NCBI GenBank assembly: GCA_963667015.2
Contig: CAXXJJ010000004.1
Coordinates: 288,001-352,000, forward strand
DNA from: Desulfatiglandales bacterium
GTDB taxonomy: Bacteria > Desulfobacterota > DSM-4660 > Desulfatiglandales > HGW-15
DNA length: 64,000 nucleotides
Direction of reading: 5' to 3'
Shown here: piece after piece, positions 37,846 to 47,100 of the stretch
How the letters are laid out: each line of letters starts with the position of its first letter
How positions within the stretch are numbered: position 1 is the stretch's first letter
The notes under the pieces: generated by a model
The model's database searches: none
Told to the model about the DNA's origin: nothing
Seen by the model: the letters and a program-made list of their open reading frames with translations, nothing else
Translations under genes and position numbers: made by a program

Positions 37846-38580
37846 TTACCTTCTGGTGTCCTGTGTAATCCGGCCGTCCATTATCTCTACCTGTCGAGGT
37901 GCCCTTTTCGCAAGGGCAGGGTCGTGTGTAATAACCAGGATGGTACGTCCCTGTTCATACAGCTCTTCAAAAAGGCTCATGATATCGCTACCTGAGCTTG
38001 TATCCAGATTTCCGGTTGGTTCATCTGCAAGGATTATATCAGGGTCCATGGCAAGTGCACGGGCAATAGCCACACGCTGCATTTGACCGCCTGATAATTC
38101 TGTAGGTTTATGATCAACACGTTCGGAAAGACCGACACGGTCCATCAAATCAAGTACTTTCTCTTTTCGTTTCTTTCGGGGCACACCTCCAAAGAGAAGA
38201 GGCATCTCAACATTTTCATAGGCAGATATCTGAGGGAGAAGGTTGAAACTCTGGAATATAAATCCGACTCTCCTGTTGCGGATACCTGAAAGCTCTTCCC
38301 TGGTAAGGCATGACACCTCTTCACCCCGCAAATGATAACTCCCTGATGTCGCAGTATCCAGGCATCCGATAAGGTTCATCAATGTACTTTTTCCTGATCC
38401 TGACGGCCCTGTAATAGCAACCATCTCTCCTTTATGGACCTCAAGGTCAACACCCTTGAGCGCCTCGACCTTAACCTTGCCGGTATCATAAACCTTTGAA
38501 AGTCCCTTTAGGCTGATTACCTCACCGTTTTCTATTGCATGATTATTCTTTTTTGAATTGAAGAAATTGCCTAATAACAT
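37846..38580 (-). CDS. ABC transporter ATP-binding protein (MacB/LolD-like)
   Basis: GPSGSGKS, LSGGQMQR, LADEPTGNLD; start set at ATG 38580 after GAGGT. Confidence 0.95.
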   Translation of the reverse strand: MLLGNFFNSKKNNHAIENGEVISLKGLSKVYDTGKVKVEALKGVDLEVHKGEMVAITGPSGSGKSTLMNLIGCLDTATSGSYHLRGEEVSCLTREELSGIRNRRVGFIFQSFNLLPQISAYENVEMPLLFGGVPRKKRKEKVLDLMDRVGLSERVDHKPTELSGGQMQRVAIARALAMDPDIILADEPTGNLDTSSGSDIMSLFEELYEQGRTILVITHDPALAKRAPRQVEIMDGRITQDTRR

Positions 38581-38587
38581 AAATACC

Positions 38588-39847
38588 TCACTCGTAGCGG
38601 AGAGTTTCCGCAGGATTAATAGATGCTGCGCGTCGTGCAGGAAAGTAGCCGGCAATAAGACCAATAATGCCCAGAATGGCAGCAGATACAACACCGATTG
38701 ATATAGACAGTGTCGGTTTTCCAAGCATTTCAAGAGCCTCATTTCCTTCGGTGGGAAGCTGTGCAATGAGAATTATCGCCATCATAGCCATTATAAGACC
38801 GACTGCCCCTCCAAGCAGGGTGTACATCATGCCTTCCAGAACAATAGGCCCGGTTACCCATCCTCTGCGGGCACCAAGGGCCATCTTGACTCCAATTTCC
38901 CTTGTACGTTCCTTGACTACCGCGTACATAATATTGGCTACGCCCACTCCGCCGATTATAAGTGTCAAAGCTCCAATGATCCCCAGAAAAGCCTGGATAC
39001 CGATAAGTATTTTCCTGGTAACATCACTGGTTTCTACCATGTCAAATATGCTGAATACACGCTCGTCTTTGGGATCAAATCCGTATTTTGCCCCGAGTAT
39101 CTTGTGCAGTTCATCAAGTACAGCTTTCATGCGGTCAGGGTGATCCGGTTTAACCACTATAATATCCAGTTTATCCGCTCCGAACTGGGCCTTGAATGTT
39201 GTTATGGGGATTGAAATCTGGTCCTTGTCCATTCCATTGTAGTTACTCATTGTTACCTTGGGCTTCATAACACCTATCACTGTATATGGAACCTTATCCA
39301 GGTATATTCCTTTACCCACAGGGTTTTCTTTTCCGAAAATCTTTTCGGCCAGTTCATTTCCCACAAAGGCCACCCTGCGCCTCTGTTTTTCATCCATCGG
39401 GTTAAGGAACCTTCCCCCGGATTGCGGAATATGATTTCGAATTTCACCAAAGCCATAAGTGACACCTTTCACCCTGGATGTGGTGGAAGTATTGCCATAG
39501 TTCACAACAACACGGCCTTTATGTATTTCCCCTGCTACTTCTTCAAGATCGGGAATCCTCTCTCTTAAAAGGTCAATATCCTCTATTGCGGCCCTTATCG
39601 GACGGCCTGTTGGAAGCCCTTTCCATATAAGGCTTGTTGTGCCTGGCCATATAACAGCAAGATCACTGCCAATACCGTTCATTCCCCTTGCCACTGATAT
39701 TTTGAGTCCTTCGCCAAAGGCAAGAAGCAGGAGCAGTGAGAGAGAACCCCAGGCGATTGAGGCTACTGTGAGTATGGCTCTCTTTTTCTGTACATGGCTG
39801 GCTTTAAGAAAAAGCTGGAATATAAGGCCTGGTCTTGGTTTCTTCAT
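38588..39847 (-). CDS. ABC transporter permease, MacB-like
   Basis: IGGVGVANIM, ERTREIGVKMALGA, PAETLRYE. Confidence 0.93.
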   Translation of the reverse strand: MKKPRPGLIFQLFLKASHVQKKRAILTVASIAWGSLSLLLLLAFGEGLKISVARGMNGIGSDLAVIWPGTTSLIWKGLPTGRPIRAAIEDIDLLRERIPDLEEVAGEIHKGRVVVNYGNTSTTSRVKGVTYGFGEIRNHIPQSGGRFLNPMDEKQRRRVAFVGNELAEKIFGKENPVGKGIYLDKVPYTVIGVMKPKVTMSNYNGMDKDQISIPITTFKAQFGADKLDIIVVKPDHPDRMKAVLDELHKILGAKYGFDPKDERVFSIFDMVETSDVTRKILIGIQAFLGIIGALTLIIGGVGVANIMYAVVKERTREIGVKMALGARRGWVTGPIVLEGMMYTLLGGAVGLIMAMMAIILIAQLPTEGNEALEMLGKPTLSISIGVVSAAILGIIGLIAGYFPARRAASINPAETLRYE

Positions 39848-39857
39848 TGTTATAACC

Positions 39858-41081
39858 TCACATCTTCATTGCAACTACCGGGTCCAGATTGGACGCGGTG
39901 CGGGCCGGAAAGTATCCTGAAATAAAACCTATCAAACCCAGCAGGGTCGCTGTTACCAGGGCTGAACCATGGGATACATTAGGCTCGCCTACATATTCAG
40001 TCAGATTCAGGGCCGGAAAAACAGCACAGATCCCCAGGGTAATCAACAAACCTATTGCACCTCCTGTAATGGTAATTGTCAGGGTTTCAATTAAAAACTG
40101 ACCGAGGATAAGACGGGGTTTAGCGCCCAGGGCCATTTTAATTCCTATTTCACGGGTTCGCTCTTCCACAACTACATTCATGATATTTGAAATTCCTATG
40201 CCTCCTACAATCATTGTCAGGCACCCCACCAGCCCCAGGAAAATCTTAAATGCCAGCATAAAGGTATTAATAAACTTGGCATTTTCCGATACATCCCAGA
40301 GACTGATAGCCTCTTCATCCGAAGGATCAAAACGATGTCTTTCAGCCATGATCTGCCTTACATCTTTTATCAATTCCCCGATCATATCGACATCAGCAGC
40401 CGTAAAAACGAAATTACTGATAAATTTCTGTCCGGTCATCATCCTGAAGGTACTGGCCGGTATAAATACCCTGCCGTCATCAGGCCCGCCATAGCTTGAG
40501 TTCTGAACCTTTTTTTTCATTACTCCTATAATAAGGAAGGGTGAACCCTGGAGTTGAATTGTCTGACCTACAGGAGGTGTCTTACCAAAAACCTGTTCGG
40601 CAAGTTCATTACCGATAAAGGCAACCCTTCTTTTTAATTCCAGGTCTATGGGATTGATGAAACGTCCTCCCGCATCCGGAATTATATTCCGAATTTTATG
40701 GAAATCGGTCTCAACTCCTGACACCGGCACAGAAAGGACCTTTGCATCACGCTGAAGTTTGAAATTCTGGGAATATTCAGCGGAAAGAAATTCAAGTCCA
40801 AAGGCCTTTTTTCTTATCAGGCGGATGTCACTTTCATCCATTTTTATATATCGGCCCTTAGGCAATCCTTCAAAGGACATGGAAGTACGCGTAGGCCATC
40901 CAATAACTACGTTATTGCCTATACCTGCCATATCTTTTGCCATCTGCCTGTGGAGTCCGTCGCCAAATGAAAGCAGCAGACTTACTGCTGCGGTTCCCCA
41001 GATCATACCGAAGAGCGTAAGCAGTGTTCGTAATTTCTGACCGCGGGCATCTCTAATAAGCTGGCGTATGATATTCAACAT
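39858..41081 (-). CDS. ABC transporter permease, MacB-like
   Basis: VGGIGISNIM, ERTREIGIKMALGA, LDPVVAM. Confidence 0.93.
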   Translation of the reverse strand: MLNIIRQLIRDARGQKLRTLLTLFGMIWGTAAVSLLLSFGDGLHRQMAKDMAGIGNNVVIGWPTRTSMSFEGLPKGRYIKMDESDIRLIRKKAFGLEFLSAEYSQNFKLQRDAKVLSVPVSGVETDFHKIRNIIPDAGGRFINPIDLELKRRVAFIGNELAEQVFGKTPPVGQTIQLQGSPFLIIGVMKKKVQNSSYGGPDDGRVFIPASTFRMMTGQKFISNFVFTAADVDMIGELIKDVRQIMAERHRFDPSDEEAISLWDVSENAKFINTFMLAFKIFLGLVGCLTMIVGGIGISNIMNVVVEERTREIGIKMALGAKPRLILGQFLIETLTITITGGAIGLLITLGICAVFPALNLTEYVGEPNVSHGSALVTATLLGLIGFISGYFPARTASNLDPVVAMKM

Positions 41082-41092
41082 TTCAAAGTATC

Positions 41093-42202
41093 CTATCCTG
41101 TAATCTCTCTCGGAGGCCTTTGAACAAGGTTATCACCTTCCTTAAGCCCGGATGTTACTTCAATATTTAGACCATCTGAAAGACCGACCTGCACAGCCAC
41201 TTTTTTGGGCTCTGCATCAGGTGTAGCACCCGGGATTTCAACAAATGTCTTTGCTCCATCATCTTCAAAGATAACCAGTCGTTCGGGGATAAGGAGTATG
41301 TCTTTCTTTTCACGGATCACAATATCGGCATTGGCTGAATACCCTGCACGGAGCATTACGTCTTTAAAGGAATCCATAATTATCTCAACCTCAAACAGCT
41401 TGGCATTATCTTTTTCAATAGCTTGAGGAGCAATGCGGCTTAATTTTCCGGTTACGGCCTGATCGGGAAGTGCACCTATTTTTAAACGGACAGGCATCTC
41501 TATTGTTAATTTACCAACATCAATTTCGTCCACTGTTCCTTTAAATATAAGGTCACTCATGTCAGCAAGGGTAGCAAGGTCTGTTCCAGCCTGGTAGCTT
41601 GTAAGGGGAACCACAGGGTCCCCAGGGTTTACAAGGCGCTGCAGGAGTATGCCCTCAGCAGGAGCCCTTATTATTGTCTCCATATTTTCACCGCGTCCGC
41701 TGATACGTCCTTCCTGAATAAGCTGCAGACGATCCCTTGCACGGGATAATTCAATCCGCGCCTTATCATAGATCTCTTTTTGTACATCACGGCTGTTAAA
41801 GGATTCTATTCCTTCACTTGCAAGTTCCTGGGAGTGTTCCCAGTCCACCTTAGCGCGGTCAAAGGAAATCTGTGCGGATTTTACCTGGTGCTCTGCTTCA
41901 AGAAGTTCATCAGGAGTAGGGTCCGGGCTTATTTCTATAAGGGGATCACCTGTATTGATCCTGTCTCCTACCTCTGCGGGGCATCTTTTTACAATGCCGG
42001 ATATCTTTGATTTTATATGAAACTTCTGGCGGGGTTCGATCTGGCCGATAGCCACGGCCTTTTCAGTAATGTCGCCTCTTGTTACCTCGATAAGGGTAAA
42101 CCCCCGATCTGCAGGTTTGCGGTTTGTTGCCCATGTATAACCGCCTACCGCAACAGCAGCGATAATTATTAGGAATAGAAAAATCTTCACGAACTTCTTC
42201 AT
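41093..42202 (-). CDS. Efflux periplasmic adaptor (MacA/HlyD-like)
   Basis: IKSKISGIV, IRAPAEG, VDEIDVG, GLSDG..IEV..GL; start set at ATG 42202 after GGAGG. Confidence 0.92.
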   Translation of the reverse strand: MKKFVKIFLFLIIIAAVAVGGYTWATNRKPADRGFTLIEVTRGDITEKAVAIGQIEPRQKFHIKSKISGIVKRCPAEVGDRINTGDPLIEISPDPTPDELLEAEHQVKSAQISFDRAKVDWEHSQELASEGIESFNSRDVQKEIYDKARIELSRARDRLQLIQEGRISGRGENMETIIRAPAEGILLQRLVNPGDPVVPLTSYQAGTDLATLADMSDLIFKGTVDEIDVGKLTIEMPVRLKIGALPDQAVTGKLSRIAPQAIEKDNAKLFEVEIIMDSFKDVMLRAGYSANADIVIREKKDILLIPERLVIFEDDGAKTFVEIPGATPDAEPKKVAVQVGLSDGLNIEVTSGLKEGDNLVQRPPREITG

Positions 42203-42272
42203 TTTTACCTCCCTGATCAAAATTGAAGAATTAAATTTTTAAAAATTATCTGTATGAGTAAAAAACACTCAA

Positions 42273-42289
42273 AGCATGAATCATACCAA
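42273..42289 (-). promoter_or_regulatory. Sigma-54 promoter of the efflux operon, with a possible IHF site near 42318-42329
   Basis: Minus strand reads TTGGTATGATTCATGCT (GG-N10-GC). Confidence 0.6.
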
Positions 42290-42473
42290 AAAGAATTAAA
42301 GATAAAATGCTTTAAAAAACAAAGAGTTATAAATTATAAAAGGTTTTCGCCAGTGGTTTATTATACCTTCCCATAGTTTAATATGCCGATGACTGGTAAA
42401 AATAACCACCTTACTTACATGGTAATAGTAAAGAAACCAACAATGGTTACTGAGTTTTTTAGCGATGGATTTA

Positions 42474-42523
42474 TCTGTTTCCCATGGTCCTCGTGGAAAT
42501 CGCCTCTTTTAAGCCTCCGCGTC
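42474..42523 (-). repeat. REP family A copy (reverse orientation)
   Basis: TTTCCCATGGTCCTCGTGGAAA ... CTCCGCGTC. Confidence 0.7.
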
Positions 42524-43067
42524 AATAATATTTCGATGGACACATATGGAAAGGATCAGATAGGAAATATTCAGTCATCATTATTAACCATTTAACAAAG
42601 ATATTTTACTGTCACCCAAACTGCTGAAAAGCAAGGCTGGATTGATTATCCAGTATGGTATCTCAGACTTGGAAAGAAGAATGACCTTTCTAAATGCCAG
42701 GAATTACAGTGGGAAAAAACTACAGGCTGAAGGAGTTTAGGCTATATATTGCCAGGCTTTTATGTTTTTCCTCAGCCTTAGGGCTAGCTGCTTCCAACTG
42801 TTTATATCAGTTGATTATTTTAATTTAAATAGGTATTATCCACTCGCTTCATTGTAAAATTCCTTTTAATTATAATTAGTTATATACAGTCCGCTTTTGG
42901 TGGTATTATTCTATAAGAATTTGGGTTCGAGTTTGCCATGGGGGCAGTTACAGAAGATTAGACAAAAATTAAATATCTATAACAATCCGGCACAATGGCG
43001 TTTATCCAGCGCAGAGAATCATGCAGGATAAACAGGATAAATTGGTATATGTAGAGACTGGCAAAGA

Positions 43068-43100
43068 GATGCAGAGCGTCTAGGGGACCGCAGGAGCCAG
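43068..43100 (+). repeat. REP family A copy (internally deleted)
   Basis: GATGCAGAGCGTCTAGGGGACCGCAGGAGCCAG. Confidence 0.65.
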
Positions 43101-43202
43101 TGAAAAGCTTTACAGTGTGTTGAGCTTAAAATGTGTGAAGCTGGACAATGATTTTAATTATTAATTCATCTTGATTTAAAATTGATCCGGAGCTGGTATC
43201 CA

Positions 43203-43850
43203 ATGTCTGATTTAATCCCAAAACATGGCGGTTATAGAAAACTTAAAAGCTTTCAGTTAGCGCAGCTCGTTTATGATGTAACAGTGCGTTTCTGCGATAA
43301 ATATATTGATAAACGCAGCCGTACTCATGACCAGATGGTTCAGGCCGCACGTTCTGGTGTGCAGAATATAGCAGAAGGATCACAGGCTTCGGCAACCTCA
43401 AAGAAAACAGAGTTAAAACTAACACAGGTAGCACGCGCAAGTCTCGAAGAGCTTAAACTGGATTTTGAAGACTTTTTAAGACAGCGTTGTTTTCAGCAGG
43501 GGAATGGTGAAAACCCATTGAGACAGGAGCTTGTTGATAAAAGGTGCCTGACTGCTGATGAAGTGGCAGGCTGGGTATGGGAGGTTTCAAAGAGGCATGG
43601 ACTAAGTGGAAAGTATGGACCTGGTGGACAAATGGTCCAGGATTATCCCGGGGCCACAGTGTCAACAATGTCCACTCTGTCAACAAGAGTATTCCCCGAA
43701 TTTTCGGCAAATGCTGCCCTGGTATTGATCACTGTTGCCTGTTCTCTGCTTGATCGGCAAGTGGAACGGCTTGCTCTTAATTTTGAAAATGAGGGAGGCT
43801 TCACAGAACGGCTATACAGAGTCCGAAGTGAAAAGCGGAGAAAAAGATAA
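43203..43850 (+). CDS. Four-helix-bundle protein (TIGR02436/bAvd-like) with suffix domain
   Basis: HGGYRKLKSFQ, RTHDQMVQAARSGVQNIAEGS, VARASLEEL..D.EDFLRQR, FENEGGFTERLY; start set at ATG 43203. Confidence 0.92.
   Translation: MSDLIPKHGGYRKLKSFQLAQLVYDVTVRFCDKYIDKRSRTHDQMVQAARSGVQNIAEGSQASATSKKTELKLTQVARASLEELKLDFEDFLRQRCFQQGNGENPLRQELVDKRCLTADEVAGWVWEVSKRHGLSGKYGPGGQMVQDYPGATVSTMSTLSTRVFPEFSANAALVLITVACSLLDRQVERLALNFENEGGFTERLYRVRSEKRRKR
43597..43687. repeat. 9-bp-period inverted arrays inside the four-helix-bundle CDS
   Basis: ATGGACTAA GTGGAAAGT ATGGACCTG GTGGACAAA ... GGCCACAGT GTCAACAAT GTCCACTCT GTCAACAAG. Confidence 0.75.
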
Positions 43851-43898
43851 AGATGTGAAGCTGAATTGATAAACCGGGGTTGGACCAGTTCAAAAAAC

Positions 43899-43945
43899 GA
43901 TGCAGAATCTAAAATCATGCATTTCCATGGGGACAGTGGGAACGT
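43899..43945 (+). repeat. REP family A copy (degenerate)
   Basis: GATGCAGAATCT ... ATTTCCATGGGGACAGTGGGAACG. Confidence 0.7.
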
Positions 43946-44104
43946 GGAGATCGTGGAAACGAATAATATTCATTGAATTGAATGAATTTAAATTAAATGG
44001 AACCTTTTTATTGTTTTTATCGCTTATAGGAATTAAAGAAAAAAGTATAAAAAATTACCAGCCATTAAATGTATTCCAAAATATCAAAATCCACTGGAGA
44101 ATTC

Positions 44105-47100
44105 ATGATTAAATCTGCCAGGATATTCTTTTTGCTTGTAATGTTATTTGCTCTCACTTCAGAATACATATATTCCATTAATCCGGAAAAAGCGGAAGAG
44201 AGTCCTCAACCTCTCGAAATAATAAATACCACACCGAGAGGAGAAGACGTTCCTGCAGGAAGGCAAATAACATTTCAATTCAACAGGTCGGTTGTACCTG
44301 TGGGACTAATGGATCGTGATGCTTCAGAGATACCAATTGTCATAACTCCGGATGTAAAAGGTCAGTGGCGATGGCTTAATGCTTCAACACTTGCTTTAAT
44401 GCTGGATGATGAGAATACTCTTCTGCCTGCTACACACTACAAAATCTCAGTGAAACCCGGCATAAAAGCAGAGGATGGGTTAACTCTTAAAGAAACTGTA
44501 AATCATACCTTTATCACAGAACGACCGATAGTAACCGGTACAAGATTTAACACATGGGAAGCGCCCGGTATGCCAGTAATCAGGATAATCTTTAATCAGC
44601 CGGTCTCAAAGGGTTCACTTGAAAAGCACCTGGTAATCAGGATTAAAGGAAAAGAGAAAAAAACAATTACCTTTGATATTAAACCTGATTCCGAATATGA
44701 AAAAGAGCTGGAAAGGATGCAAAAATATAATGATGAAGGGTATATTCAGAGCGCATATCCTGAATTTATGAGTCAATATAAAAGAAAGGATAAATTTACT
44801 TTAGTAAAAAATGGAATTGAATACAAAACTTTATGGATAGTTACTCCAAAAGATGAACTTCCTGAAGGAAGCTCGATAGAGTATCACATCAAACCAGGCC
44901 TGGAATCTGTTTACGGGCCTGAGGGCGGAATAGAAAACCGCATGATCGATTCGGTACCTGCTTTCCCTCCTTTTTCTTTTATTGGCATTCAGTGTTACGA
45001 TGATAAGGATAGAAACGTACTAATAACCCAGAATGATGAAGGGTGCTGTTGTAATCCTGGAAAAGCAATAGGCATTGTTTTTTCTTCTCCTGTATTTAAA
45101 AAAGAGGTAATCGAGAATATTTCAGTTGAACCTGCTATTAACTTCGACCTGAACCATTCTCCGGAACAATACAACTATCGTATTGGTACCTTGAAGAAAA
45201 AGGAATTTGAAAAATATATTATACATCTCCAAGGTGACTTTGAACCGAATACACATTATAAGATAGAAAGTAATTCTAATAATATTATTGATGTGTTCGG
45301 GCGTGTTATTGATGAACCCTTTGATATCCATTTTACTACCGGTCACCTGATGCCTGATTATGACTACCGCCCGGTGGTTGTTCTTGAAAAAGATGCAGAT
45401 ACAGAAATGCCTTTTTATACTGTTAATCTTGACAGTGTAACATTTACCTATGACAGACTTACTGCCAATGGTAAAGATACTTCACTAAAAACAGAAGTTA
45501 AAATCCCAAAAAATGAAGATAAAAGAATAGTGGTTCCTGCAAATGTTAGGAAAATGTTGAACGGGCAATCAGGCATTGTTACTGGTCAACTTGATACAAT
45601 ACCTCCATTCAAAAAAAATAATTATTCCCGTCTCGATTATTTTTTTGCACAGGTTACACCTTTTCATATTCATTTTAAGGAAAGCAAGTTCAGCACCATG
45701 GTATGGGTAACGGATATGGCTACCGGAAACCCTGTTTCGGATGTAAAAGTTGAGCTTTATAAGGGTAAAGACGAAACTCCTCCTGATATTAATAACATGA
45801 AGCTGCTTGCTAATGGGATTACAAATGCAGAAGGCATAGCATCATTCCCAATAGGTCTCAAAGAAGTAGAAATGAAAATATACAGCAAAGATGCGTACAG
45901 GCGTTTAGCTGCACGTGTTACTAAAGGTGATGATACTGCATTTATTATTGATGATTATTTTTTCGATGTCGAATCTCAAAAATACAAAACAACAATTCCA
46001 ATATTTTGGGGAACAACAGCACAGGGTGTTTACAGGCCCGGAGATACAGTTCAGTATAAGATTTATGTGCGTGATCAGGATAATACAAAATTTATTCCAG
46101 CTTTAAGTGAAGGTTATGGGGTTATAGTTAAAGATCCGCTGAGAAAAACTGTATTAGAAACAAAAGACCTTGTTTTATCCGAGTTTGGCGCTTTACAGGG
46201 TGAGTTTAAAATTCCGGAAACAGGTACTTCAGGAGAATACAGATTTGAGCTTTCCACTCCATTTTACACGATTCCGATGAGCTTGATGAAAATACTGGTT
46301 TCTGACTATTCATCCGCTCCGTTTGAAGTGACAACAGAAACTGACAAAATGATCTACCATACCGGTGATAATGTGAAAATATCAACCAGTGCAAAGCTTC
46401 ATAATGGAGGAGTATACGAAGGCGCCGGCACAAGAGTTACTGCTATGTTGGATAGGTTTTACGACAGTTATTATTCATTCTTTCCAAAAGATAGTCCGGC
46501 CATGGGATTCAGTTTTGATATGTCTTATAAAATAGAGGCATACGAAACTGAGACATTAGGACAATTCGAAGGAGCACTGGATGAGAATGGCAGCCTTGTC
46601 AATAATTTCAATGTTTCGTCAGATCTTCTTTTTGGTAAACTTATCATGGAAAGTGCGGTCAGGGATGAACGTGGAAAATATGTAACAGAAGTGGCGACAG
46701 CAAAATATTCTTCAAGAGACCGTTTTGTAGGTCTTAAACCCAAAGATGGAGATTCAAGTGGTGGAATTTGTAATAAAGATGAACTTTGCGAAAGTAAAAT
46801 ACTTGTAGTAAATGCAACAGGTAAACCGACAACTGACATCACGGTCTCTATTAATGTGGAACATAGTGAAATAATATATCCTGCCCCCAGCCCGGGAGTT
46901 AATTTAGCGCATAGCAGTGAATTGGAAAAATGGAAAGGTGTTGAAGCACATACGGTTAAGTCCGATAATAAACCTTTGGAGTATTCATTTATTCCAAAGA
47001 AAGCAGGGCGGTATAGAGTAACAGCTTCTATAAAGGATTCAAAGGGAAGAGAACACAAATCAGGTTTACCCATATATGTATATGACTATAAATCAGTTTT

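Noticed and set aside
38581..38766. N-terminal extension of the ABC ATPase given in the ORF track
   Set aside because: Overlaps the permease gene in another frame; a better start with RBS is at 38580
43203..43850. 23S rRNA intervening sequence
   Set aside because: The flanks show no rRNA sequence
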